64,000 nt of DNA from Lama glama (taxonomy: Eukaryota). Positions 1-11,950 of this stretch are shown one piece after another (positions within the stretch are counted from its first letter, which is position 1; the number at the start of each line of letters is the position of its first letter). Location: NCBI GenBank assembly GCA_028534125.1, contig CM052816.1, positions 18,912,001 through 18,976,000 on the forward strand, in the 5' to 3' direction. The translations under genes were made by a program, and so were the position numbers. A model generated the notes under the pieces. The model was not told the origin of the DNA and searched no databases. It worked only from the letters and a program-made list of their open reading frames with translations.

Positions 1-3000
1 ATCTGAGGTTCCACAAAGCCAGGCTATTGTCTTTCCTACAAAGCCTCCCACCCTCCTTCACGAGATGGGGAGCAGCATAGCTCCCTGTCCAGCTGTTGGG
101 GTGAGGGTGGGGGCGGGCCAGCAGCAGCCCTGGAAATGCTCAAGCTTTACAGTCCCCCAGCAGGGTCTGTGTTCTCCTCCACTAGCTCAGGCCCTCAGCC
201 CTCTCAGAAGCCCTGAGCTTAAGGGAACCAGGTGCCTTCATTAAAAAAAAAAAAATCGACAAATAAAGGGCTCCTTTGCGAGGGGAGTGTGGTGCATTCT
301 TGGGGGCTCCAAGCAGTTTTACAGACCCAGACATGGAGCAAAGGCATGCAGGGACCACGGAGCAGTTCCCAGGCCCCAGCAGGCTAGCTGGGGCCAAGGG
401 CCGTGCGCAGGGGTGGGAATGTTCATCTGCTTTGCACCCACTCCATGGCAGACCCCCCGCTGGCCCCAGATGCACATGGGTGAGGAGGAAGGAGGGAGAG
501 AGGTCCAGCCTGAGGACAATCAGGTTCGTATAGCTCTCCTGAGTTGGAAGCCTTACATCCTGAGGGCAACCTTTCCCCTAAAGCGGTTTATCTCGCCATG
601 GGTTTTGGGGTGAACACATGTGAGCCCTGGGTAAGAACACCCCAAATCCCTACTGTCCAGGCACTCCCAGAAGCGCAGGCCCTCTCTCTGCCGCTCACAA
701 AGTGAATCGGGGCGTTTAGAGAGTCAGAAGAGCCAACAGGCTGGACTGAAAATCCATCTATAAAATCTTCCTTTTTGCAACACACAAGACAGCCCAAATT
801 CCAACCACATAAGAAGGTGTCAGCTACCAAGTACACTGAACCGTCTCAGCAAGACCCAGACACCCATAAGTATCACTAGTGGTGACTAGAAACCAAGTTC
901 TGATAAACAAATATTTTGCATATTGACTTCTGGAGAACTGACCTGGGCCCTGCAGGACTGGGTCCAGTGCCTGGTGTGTGAGGTCGTCCCAAGGACCCAT
1001 CTCACCCTGCTCCTGCTGTGTGGTGTTTTTCATCCCAACCCAACAACCTGCTGGAGCCCCGGGCAAGGAGTGGCCCAAGGTTACTTTTCTTGGCACTCTG
1101 GGCGTATGCGGCTGAGTCAAATGGGGAGAAAGGCCTCAGAGGCTCCCCAAACCACTGCAGACAAGAACCTGAGAGACTTCTTGGGAATCCCAAACTAAAA
1201 CCACCAAGCTGGGAATTGTTCATATTGCAGAAAGTCTGTACTTTACCCCAGGGTCCTTTTAAGCTTCCCGAGGCCATTTAAAGTGGGGGTAAACAGGACA
1301 CGGGGTGGTGATGAAATAACGTGTGCCACAGAAAGGCAAGTACACACGGATTGTGTGTACAATTGCCATCATGTGAAAGTCCGCATGGGCACAGCCTGGA
1401 TTGGCTCCCGGTAGAGTGGAAGGTTCCCTGGTACCCTTTCTCCACTTCAGCGCCACTATACTGTTTTCAGAATAGTGTAGCTGTTTCATGTAGGGATTTT
1501 TCTTCCCCCTCCCCCCACTTTTTTTTTCCATAAATGGATCCAGGCACCAAATCCAATTTTCAATCAATTTAATTACAAGTTCACCAGTGTTCCAAGCTCT
1601 CCCCAGTACCCCCACAGCCCACAAGCCCTGCTTATGCTCTGTCATGTGATAGCTACTCCCTGCCCACTGCTCCCTTTCTGGCCTTGAGGCCTTTACTGCT
1701 GCTATTCTGCCCCTGTGCTCCACCCTTCCGTTACCCCTTCTCTAGCTGTGCAAATCCCTCTCACCCCTCAAAGTCAATTTCAAGCCTACCTCCTCCACGA
1801 CAGCTCTCCTGCCCCCTCTCTGAATGTAACTGCCCCACAGCCTCCTCTGAAATCCCAGAACGCATGGCAGGAGCCATTTCAGGATTCCTCTCAGCCTGCC
1901 GGCCTTTGGCTCCCCCTTCACCACAGGCATCTCGAGGAGCCACTGGCCTCCTTACAAGCCCAGCAGCCCTGGCATGGAGCCTGGCACAGAGTAGGTGCTC
2001 AGCAAGTGTTCACTTCAATGTTTTCAAAGGACATGGCAACTCAGAATAAAATAAACCCCCCATCTCAGGCCAAGGAGGTCCCACTACGGCAAACATACTT
2101 TTTGCCCTATCCAAAGGGATTTCCACCTGTGTTCATTACTCTTTTCCTTTACAGGATAATCAAAGTTACTCTTTTTGTAATACTTCAAATCCATTGTTAA
2201 AGAACTGCTCCAAGTGTTGTCTTCAGCGGTACAAATTCAGGAACAGCTTGTCAAATGCTTGTGCTGGGCCAGTTGAAGAGGCAGCAACACGCACTGGCAC
2301 CTTCAGCCTCTGTCTTTTCCCTTCGACGCTGGACCCCCCAGCCACGCAAATGGGGGAAAACCTGCCCTGCCATCCAGGCCTGAGCCTCTGCCAGCTCTCA
2401 GTGGGCAGCATTTCCCTGTGCAGAGGGCCCTTTCCTCTGTGTCTCCAGCCCCGAGAGCTCCCGCCGCCCCTCTCCCTCCTACTGCCTCTCTCTAGCATCC
2501 ACATCTGGTTTCCCTTCAGCACAGGTTTCACAATGGACAGATTTTGCACTTCGAGGATTTATGGTTCCTGCCACCCCTCCTTGCTTTTGATATGATTCCA
2601 TTATGTGCTTAAAATCTGGGCCGTGCTCTTGGCTCCAGGGAGCTGTTTATGACAATTCTTTTACAGCCTTAAATCGCTCACTGTTAAGAATCTGGATGTG
2701 TTCAGAAGCAATGGCTAGTTGCTAAGACAGAAAATTGCAATCTTAGGCAGTCTCAGACAGTTGTTTGAAGAGTGTTCTTCGTACAAGATTAATTACGGCC
2801 AGGGTTCACCTGGCAGGTACACCCACAGAGCAACGCCTTTGACCCTGTCCTCTTGCATCTACCTGAGACACTGATTTAAAAGCAAATTAGGAACAATGCC
2901 CACCCGCACCCCAAACCCAGTCACTCCCTTCCATCGTGCTCCTTCCTCTAGGTGCTAGAGACCCACTGACCGAGGGTTGGTAAAAATAAAAACACCAACA

Positions 3001-3702
3001 TCACAAACACCTCCCTCTGGGTAACAAACAAGACTGAGAACCACCTTTTATTTTCCCCCACGGCATTACCTTTTTCAGGAGAAGGCAAAGAATTCCAGGA
3101 ATAAGGACACAAAGTGCTTACTCCCCAGCCTTTGGACAGGACTTCTCTTGACCAAGGTTTCTCTGGCCTCCCACCTCCAGCTCTGTCATCCCTCTTTCAC
3201 CCAACAGATTTTCCTAAGAGGCAAAATCTGCCAGAGAGATCTTCCTAAGAGATAAAAACCTAACCATGTAGCCTTCCTGTTTGAAGTTGTCCAGGAGATC
3301 CTTATGACCCAGGTGATGAAGCCCAGACTCCTCAGCCGCCCAAGGCCCTGCACAATTTGGCCATGATCTACATATTTAGGCTTCCAACCCTCCCGCACCA
3401 TGACCCGGCCCTGCACTCTCAATGCTGTTGACGTACTAGCACCCTTGACCCTCCCCTTCCCTGGGCAGTTGCTTAAGCTGTTGCCTCCACCTGTAACGTC
3501 CTCCTCGATGGGTGCCTGCCTGTTCAAAGTCTCCGTCCTCCTTCTCTGCAAGAACGTGAATGTCCACTCCACTCTACAAGTGCGTTCACGAGTGTGCCTA
3601 TCCTTCCCCTCCCCACCCCAGGCGCTTCATGTCTGTGTGTCTAAGACCATCACTTAAAGGTGGGTGATCAAAAAACACGCTGCCACCCTCTGGTGCTAGA
3701 TG

Positions 3703-3839
3703 TAGGGTGGCCAGTTAAAATACAGGAATATCAGTTAAATTTGAATTTCAGATAAACAATGAACACATTTTAGTATAAGTATTCCCTCAAATATTGCACA
3801 GGAATCCTGTACTTGTGTTTGCTAAACCTGCCAGCCCTA
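3703..3839. mobile_element. MER53-like hAT MITE, internally deleted
   Basis: TAGGGTGGCCAG...CTGCCAGCCCTA terminal inverted repeats; internal CAGTTAAATTTGAATTTCAGATAAACAA; 8-bp TSD GCTAGATG / GCTGGATG. Confidence 0.75.
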
Positions 3840-3989
3840 GCTGGATGGGAACTCAGGGACATGGTCCAAGGAGGAGAGCTCAGGACCAGATGCCTGCAGC
3901 ACAGGGAGAGGAAAGTGAAACCACTGGAGCAAAAGGTGAGGGAGTATTCCCCATACCCTCCTCCTAGGAGGCAGCATATATGGCTGTTC

Positions 3990-4135
3990 TGAGCAGGACT
4001 CTTGTGCCTTGGTTTGTCCATCTGTAAAGTGGGTATAACCTACTTGATGTGGTTGTAATGAAGATTGAATAAATTACTATTTGTATAGCATTTAGAACCG
4101 TCCTTGACACAGAGTAAATGCTACAGAAGCATTTT
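3990..4135 (+). mobile_element. MIR SINE fragment
   Basis: CCATCTGTAAAGTGGGTATAA core and GACACAGAGTAAATGCT tail. Confidence 0.7.
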
Positions 4136-4239
4136 ATAAATATAAAGCAAAAGGAATAGTCAAGCAAACCCACAGATGAGAAGGGGGATGAGTCTAGCAG
4201 ATTTAATAATAAAAATAATAAAATAAAGCAAGAACAGAC

Positions 4240-4500
4240 AATTATGGAGCACTTACTATGTGACAAAACACTGTGCTACATGCTTGTCCTGTATTAGTTC
4301 ATTTAATTCTCACCACGGTCTCACTAGTAATAATAATAATATTTATTAATAATTTATTAATAATAATAATTATTATTATTATTATTATTATTATTTCTAC
4401 TATCCTCTTTTTTACAGATGAGGAAGCAGAGACACAGAGAGGCACTGAGTGGTAGACTAGGATTCTAAGCCAGAAAGTCTGACTCCAGAACTCATGAGAC
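4240..4500 (-). mobile_element. MIR SINE interrupted by an AT-only simple repeat
   Basis: GAGCACTTACTATGTG...TTTTACAGATGAGGAAGCAGAGACACAGAGA. Confidence 0.7.
4328..4396. repeat. (AAT)n/(ATT)n AT-only tract
   Basis: Directly visible. Confidence 0.95.
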
Positions 4501-4534
4501 TGTGGTAAACTGTGATAATGCATTAATTTATTTA

Positions 4535-5070
4535 TCATTTGTTCATTCATTCATTCATTCATTCATTGAGCACCTACTGTGTGCCAGGCCCCGAGCTGGT
4601 GCTGGGTCACTAGGGTAAACGAGAAGGACACAGAACAACCACACTGCCCTTTGGAGCTCATGGACTGATGGCAAGGACCTTGATGGAGATTTCGCAGGTG
4701 TGAGGAGTGGCACTAAAGAGAAAATGCAGCTGTGGACCATGCAGACAGCCATGGGCTCTCCTAGACTTGGATAGGGTCGGGGAGGGAGGGGCAGATGTGC
4801 CCAGGCAGGGAAGGTGTCCCTGTGAAATGACCTCTTTTGCAGATTCATTAGGTAAAACAGCAACCAGCTTGGCCCAGGGGCAACAGGAGGAGTCTTAGGG
4901 CATAACAGGCAGCCTGCAAAGGCCCTGAGTTGGGAAGCAGCTTGGAGCTTTCCAGGAACTGAAGAACAGAGGATGGAGCTGAAGGCTGGGAGGGAGCCAG
5001 GTGCAGTGCAGGCTTGGGGGCAATGCCTGGGGCCAGGTGAGGAGGTAAGGCTTGGTAGGACCTTCACACA
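4535..5070 (-). mobile_element. L2 LINE 3' fragment with (TTCA)n tail
   Basis: TTCATTCATTCATTGAGCACCTACTGTGTGCCAGGC is the reverse complement of the L2 3' end. Confidence 0.75.
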
Positions 5071-5379
5071 GGCCTGGGGAAGAAGCTAGGACCCCATCGC
5101 CAACGTGAAGCAGTGACTAGACGAGACAGAATGAGGCCGGATGAGGCAGGGTAAGGCCTGCTGGGGTAGGTCAGTGAGTTAGGCCAAGCAAAATAGAGAC
5201 AGCTCTGGAGACAGGGCCTGGGCCCTCAGCCTGGGGTTCACGTGCAACACCCAGGACTCTCTGTGCCTCTTCTGCGGTGCCAGTTTCAGGGAAGACATGC
5301 TCATCACCCATCATGGGGGTGTACCAAATGGAATTAAGGCTGCCCCAGGCCTCAGTGGTTCAAGTGAATGCTCCTGAGT

Positions 5380-6220
5380 TCCTTTTATAATAAGAACATT
5401 CAGATAAATGGGAAAGCAAAGAGAGAAGCTTTTAAAAGATGCCCAAAGTCCCACCACTCAAAGAGAATGATGTTTGTATCTCTTTCTTCACCATCCTTTA
5501 GACGGTGGTTGCTGTTTTACATACTTGCAATCACAGTGTTTACATGAACTTCTGTTGTCTCTACTTATGCATAAGCATTTACTCCACAGAATTCCACAGA
5601 TTATGTAATCATGAGTCTTCATATCAGTGTAATCTTTCATTTAGAGCTCTTATTGTTTACTTAACCAATTCCCCCATTGTTGGGCATTCAGGTTAACTGT
5701 TTTTAATAAGGAATATCTTTGAATGTGGCATTGCTCCTTTATCAACTTTTTAAGCAGATTTTCTGAAGTGGATTAATAGGTTGAAACAGTTTATTTCAAA
5801 CACTCTGGATACACGCTTTAAATATGATATCCCCAAATCTTGTCCCACCAGTGATGGTTAAGTGGCCCTTCCTCACTTTGCCATTATCAGCTTTGGATGT
5901 TACTATTTAAAATAAATATTTCATTATTGGGCAGGACCAAAACAAAAATGCCGTGATTCTGCAGCACTAATGCGCTTTTCCTTGATTGCTACTGAGGATG
6001 TACATTCTTCCATTAGCTGGTTAATAACTGCTTTTCTTTCTTTTTTTCCCCTGAATTGCCCTCTGATTTCCTTTGCTCATTTATATACTAAGGCCTTCTT
6101 GGAAAATACCTTTGCTTGAGTTTTTAATAAAGATACTTGTCTGCAGTGAGGTGGTGTTGAAAGAATAAATGCTAATTGTTGCTTTTTGTTATATTTGTTG
6201 CAAGCATCTTCTCCCATGTT
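5380..6220 (-). mobile_element. Old L1 (L1ME-type) 3' region
   Basis: AT-rich, with TTAACCAATTCCCCCATTGTTGGGCATTCAGGTT and ATATTTGTTGCAAGCATCTTCTCCCA, typical of antisense L1M. Confidence 0.6.
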
Positions 6221-7399
6221 TGGGGGAATCCACAGCACCCTCTGTTAACCCTCTGCTGCCACAGGGCTGCCTGGAGACTAACTCAACACCACCCAGCAAC
6301 CCCCTACACCATTTCCTCTGGGCTTATGCTGCTCAGGCTCCCTAAATATTCCAGGTGAAAAGAACAAACCCAGGAGATGTCCTGGGGGAACCTTAGCCCT
6401 ACATCCCCTCCACCTCAGAGAGGGTCCTAGGAAAGAGGTCAGTAGGCAAAACTGTGCTAAAGAAGAATCAGCAAAGAGGAGGCAGCTGGCTGCCCTGGGC
6501 TCCACAGGTTGGATGCTCAGAGAGAGGCATGCAGACCTCCAGCCGAGGGAGGGGCTGGAGAGGGAGGGGCACCCACCAGGCTTGCACTCAGCTAGTAGCT
6601 GCACTACCCAATGGAAGCAGGTATTTGGGGGTTCCCCACATGTAATGAGTGGTGACACGGCCATACAGGTCTCTGGAGCCCAGGATCTCATGGTGGTCTA
6701 AGTGACTAGGGGCAGGACCCATCTACCATTCATGCTGTGGTAGGCTTGTGTGAAGCTGACCCCATTTCTGGGCCTCAGCTCCCTCGTCTGTATAATTCCG
6801 TCTAGATGGGGCCTTAGCCCCTTCCAGTTCTGGATTCTAGGATGGCCCTGTCCCGCCAGGGAGGTACAAAGGGGCTCTCTGAGAAAGTCAGTCCTGGGAA
6901 GAACTGGGGATGGGGGCCAAGAAGAACTGACATGTCTCCCAGCTTCCAGGGCAGGAAACAAGCCTTGACCATCAAGATGCACCTTCTCAGCAGAACCTAG
7001 GAGGTGGTGCCTAGATTCCTGCAGGGTTTCCCAGAAAGCCACACTCCTGCTCATTCACCTCTTCCTCCTCCCGGAGACTTCTTTTCTCAAGCCAATGCCC
7101 TGGGAAAGCACTGGTTTCCCTGCGAACATGGCCTTGTCAATGGCCACCCTTAACCACCTCCCCTATACACACACACTCACATCGATGACCATGCAGTCTA
7201 CACACCCTGAACTCAGCAGCACTCTCTCATACCCCTGGGCTTTTACCTGAAACATGCTTTTTAAATTTTACTCAAAAGATATGGAATGAGCCCCTATTAT
7301 GCACGAAGCAAAGCTGTAGGCACCAAGGATGAGCAGCCAGACACAGTACCTATCTCCACGGAACCAGCAGATCAGAAGATGACTCCCAGTACACTCCAG

Positions 7400-8130
7400 A
7401 ACAAACATGAAGACAGCACAATGTGAAGCTGCTGTAGACAACAATGTTAAAAAGTCAAATAGATCAACAGCACAGAGAGTGGCTTCTGGCAGGGGGAGGG
7501 GTGGGAATGCTACTGTGATGGAGTTTGAAGAGTGAATATTCAACCTGAGGCTTCAGTAAGGAGAAGAGAGCCACCTGCCACATCTAGCTGAAGAAGAGCA
7601 GTTTGGGCCGAGGGGCCAGCAAGCACACAGATCCTGAGACAGGTGGGCGTGTCTGAGGGGTAAGACAAGGCAGTGTGGTGGAGCATAACCACAGGGAAAG
7701 GTGTGGATGTTGGTCACAAGGCCCTCATGGAGCCCTGCTGGGGACTTGGGTTGGACTCTGGTGAGATCAGAAGCCATCAGGGCTTTGAACAGGGGGTTAC
7801 CCACCAGGAGATCACTGTGTGAGGAGCAGGGCCCATAAAGGGGCAGGAGTGACCTCCCTCTCATTGTCCCCTGGCTAACTCCACATTTTTCAGATGCCAA
7901 CCCAGTGGGCGCTTCCTTGGTCAGATATTCTGGTTAGTCTCAACACCAGCTTCCCTTCATCACGCCTAGCTCAAGAGTCACTTCCTGTGTATCTTTGGTC
8001 ATTCAATTAGTGCCTGTCTTCTCCACTAGACTCCACACTCCTTGGGGACAGGCACACAGGTCTGCCTCTGCTTGTCTTAAATTTCCAGCACCATGCACAG
8101 AGCCTGGCATGCAGTGGGTGCTGGATCACA
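7400..8130. mobile_element. L2 fragments
   Basis: Degenerate L2 motifs, e.g. GAAGCCATCAGGGCTTTGAACAGG and GCACAGAGCCTGGCATGCAGTGGGTGCT. Confidence 0.5.
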
Positions 8131-8949
8131 GCAAATGTGCAAATCTCCAGAGTCTCAGCCCATTCTCTACTCCCTCAAGGAATAGCTTCCTGCTTCTACT
8201 TCCTCCCTCCTCTGTGCTCCCCACACCTCTCCTATATGACTGTAAATAGCTTCTGGCACTCACACATACACATACACACCCATACACTACACATTGCACT
8301 CCAGTGGGCAGGGCATGTGTGCTGTCCTTCACTGTACCCTTGGGATCCCCTTGAATCATGTAGTACCATTGTACGTGCAAAGAACTACCTCACCCACACA
8401 CACCTCCACCTATTCAAAGACTCCCCGCTGCAGCCCAGTAGAAAGTCTGTGCCTTGAAGTCAGAGGTCAAGCCCCCCTTTCCTCTCCCAGTTGAGCAGCT
8501 TCACCCACAGACCCACTGGCAACAGGGGGCCCCCATCCTCTCCTAGACCCACAGCCCCAGAATTGCTCCCACAAACAGGGGCGAGCTCTGTTTGCAAAGA
8601 CACAATGGCTGTATTTTGCAAACCAAAGATGAGTATACATAGACTAAGGCATATAATGGGGGAAAAACACTGGAGTGTCTGACCTCTGGTCTGGCCCAGG
8701 AAGTTGGAAAACTTTGGTCCCTATTTTTAGGGCCAACTACTTTTTCCCATTACAGCACAATGTCCATGATCCCTGGTGCTGTTAGATCCTGCTTAATTAA
8801 TCAGCATAGTCTTGAAACAAATGTGATAGAAATAACATTTTGTTAATCAAAAATATATTTCACATGCTCTGAAAAAGCTTGCTAATAAAGAAATTCCTTT
8901 TGCAAAATAAAAATGTATTATATTTTTTGGAGGGTAATTTGCATTAAAA

Positions 8950-9720
8950 GCCTTAAAAATGGGCATGCCCCATGGCCCAGCGATTCTATTTCTGAGATAT
9001 GATCCAATTTTTAAAGGGCTACCGCAAAACTGAGCTACAAGAATATCTGTCACACAGCACTGCTTGTAAAAGTTTATCATTCAAAACAATCCAAATGTCC
9101 AGCAGGGAGTAATTACTTACAGTAATTACGGTGCATCTGTACAACAGAACACACTGCATCCAAAATACTTATAATAGTAGTACTTATTGAGCACTTACTT
9201 TGTGCAACAGACCATGTTAAAAGCTTTATATGCACCACCTCATTTAATTCTCACTATGCTGTAGGTACCATTATCATCCCCATCTCATAGGTGAGAAAAT
9301 CAATAGCTAAAAGGGTTAGGTCACAAGCCAAGGTCACACAGCTAGTAGCTAGGATTCACACCCACAGTCTGACTCCAGACACCAAGCTCTTGGCCATTAT
9401 ACTATATGACCTCAAATAAAGCCATTAAAAGAGATAATGGAGAAGCAAGACTGGTCACATGGAATGATGTTGATGATACAGTGATGGGTAAAACAAGCCA
9501 GTTATTAAACAGGACATTCACACTGATCCCATTTGTGCACATGCATGTAAGCAAAGATAGAAGGGTTTGGAAAGATAACACTGTAGCATCTTGGTATAGA
9601 TTGTTGAGTGGGTTGAATTGTGTATATATTTTTTATGTTTTCTTCTGCTTTTGTTTTCTGATTGTTCTGTAACAAACATGGGCTACTTCTGTGTTAAGAA
9701 AAAATACTTCTAATTTTTAA
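8950..9720 (+). mobile_element. Old L1M 3' fragment with a nested antisense MIR (about 9170-9400)
   Basis: CCCAGCGATTCTATTTCTGAG and AAACAATCCAAATGTCCAGCAG L1 motifs; TTATTGAGCACTTAC...AAGGTCACACAGCTAGT MIR motifs. Confidence 0.6.
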
Positions 9721-11606
9721 AAAATTAACATAAATGCCAAAAATGACTCCCTTGCACTCATCCTCTGTGCAAACCCAAGTGTCCAGCTGTTGGTCTTGCT
9801 TTAATTATAGCAGGACTCAGGATATGCTCTGAAGCCAATTCACAGGCTCTGCTGGCTCTTCACAGCTCAGCTTCCCCTCAAGGCAGCCAAGGCTTTCCAA
9901 GTGGGAAGAGACAGCACAGTCTTCCCATTCTACCCCTCAGCAGCCTACCCATCCCCTCCCTCCAGGATCTTCTCTGGCACTTGAGCCGCCAAGGGGCTGC
10001 TCGGCTGACCCCACAGAGCTGTGTGAGCTGGAAGAGCTTGGCAGCTTCTGATCTGTCTCCAGTTCTGGCCTGGAAGCCAAGCCCAGGGACCCTCGGAGCC
10101 TGAAACACACCATCTCCTGTCACGGGGTCTGTTAAGGAAGCACTTCACCAAGAAGTGAAGGGCACACAGGTCTGAAGGAGGCTGAGTGGCACAGGGACAG
10201 GAGCCCCAGTTTTGCAGCCACATGTACCAGGGCCCCTCCTGACCTAGTCACCTGCTTTTTGGCTATGTGATCTTCGGCAAGTTGTTTCTTCTCTCTGAGC
10301 CTATTCTCATGCCCATCAAATAAAGAAATTAAAATAGGAACTTGGAGGGGAACAAGAAATAAAAATTTATATACCTCTATAATATATATTATATATATAA
10401 ATAGTGATGCCAATAAGTAGCATTTCCTGCACCAACTGCTGGTCACTCTGTCTCTGTTAAATATTTTCCATGTATGATCTTATGAAATTTTCACAGCTGC
10501 CCTATGACAGGCACTGTGACTACTTTCGCTTTACAGATGGTGAGACAAAGGTTTAGAGTGGTGAAGTCACTTGCACTGGCAAGCAGTGGAGCAGGAATTT
10601 CTACAGCCATGCCTGGGCCCACACCACCACACCACACAGCCTGGCACAATTTCTAAAACATGGACTTCATCTAGATGGTTATTATGGTCATGTTTCCCTG
10701 CTAGGCCACTGCCTAACTTTGGAGAATGAGGTGACAGTGAGGACCACCCCTTCCCCCGCCTTCTCCCTCCACCCCCAGGCTTCTGGAACAGCCAAGGGGT
10801 CACATACTTTTAGAAGCCTTCCTCTTAGAGTAACCAAACCTCCCCACACACACTCTTTGAGCCCACTTTCCTACTGTACATCCTACAGCGACCTCCCTCC
10901 AGACCTCCTGGCCTTGTACTCTGGCCACCAGGGCTGCTGGCCCAACAGGGATTGCTCACGCCCTAGGAGTCAGGCCTGCTGGCACTCACACCTGGCACCT
11001 GCCCCAAAACCCTTTTAGGTCTCCTCAGAGAATCTGGGCCGCGGGCCTGGGTCTCCCAGCGGCTCAGAATAGCAAGCCAGAGGGAATCACTCGAATCAGA
11101 AAAGCAGTGCCCTTAAGCAGCCTCTCCGGGGGCACTGGTTGTGTGCGGGTGCTGGAGCCTGGGCGTGCAAGTGTGTGGAGAGCGTGTGTGGGAGCGCGAG
11201 GGTAGCGGCTGTGGGTCTCGGTGTGCGAGTGCGCGCGTGGCTCCGACTGTACGCCTCTGTGATCACGGTCCCGGGGCGCGCGGCTGGCGGGGAAGGTCTC
11301 CTCCCCCCACTGCGTTGAGAAATCTCAGTGAGTCACCGAGTGGTTCTGCATATTAATGAGCTCACTCGCAGCGAGGGCAGGAGCGGATTTAAAAGAGGCC
11401 TGAGAGGGCGGAGGGAGGCTGTGGAGAGAGCCGGGAGCCGAGCGCAGAGTGCAGCGCTGTCACAGCCCCGAGGCTATCACCGACGGGCGCAGCGGGAGCC
11501 AGTGAACTCAAGAGGTGCGCTTCGGGCGGAAAGAGCAGAGCCGCGCGCAAGGACGCGCGGGCGCCCTCCCCGAGTCCCTGCTCCCGCGGCGTGCCCCTCG
11601 GCCAGC

Positions 11607-11670
11607 ATGAGGCTCCTGATCGCAGCGCTGCTCCTGCTGCTCCTGGCGCTGTGCGTCGTGCGCGTGGACG
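11607..11670 (+). CDS. CXCL14: CXCL14 coding exon 1 (signal peptide MRLLIAALLLLLLALCVVRVD + first base of Gly)
   Basis: ATG at 11607 in context GCCAGCATGA; hydrophobic leader matches the CXCL14/BRAK signal peptide; donor G|GTGAGT at 11671; 64 nt, phase 1. Confidence 0.97.
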
Positions 11671-11844
11671 GTGAGTGCTTGGAAGGTCCTTTGGCGCCGG
11701 CCTGTCCTGCCCTGGGGAACCCCCAATGCCAACTGCTAGGCTTCTGGGGATCCCGGAGGCTGTAGGTGGGCACCGAGGGTGGTCAAGGAGTTGCGAAAGA
11801 GACCCCGAGCGCAACTGAGCGGCTCCCTGCGCGCTCTCTCTTAG

Positions 11845-11950
11845 GATCCAAATGCAAGTGCTCCCGGAAGGGACCCAAGATCCGCTACAGCGACGTAAAG
11901 AAGCTGGAAATGAAGCCAAAGTACCCGCACTGCGAGGAGAAGATGGTTAT
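11845..11950 (+). CDS. CXCL14: CXCL14 coding exon 2 ([36 protein letters not shown])
   Basis: Acceptor CTCTCTCTTAG ends 11844; CKC (CXC) motif and third Cys; donor AT|GTGAGT at 11951; 106 nt. Confidence 0.98.

Noticed and set aside
3681..3696. CTCF-like sequence TGCCACCCTCTGGTG
   Set aside because: At least two mismatches to the core in either register.
4273..4550. Poly-Ile hydrophobic ORFs on both strands
   Set aside because: Translation of the (AAT)/(ATT) microsatellite within a MIR.
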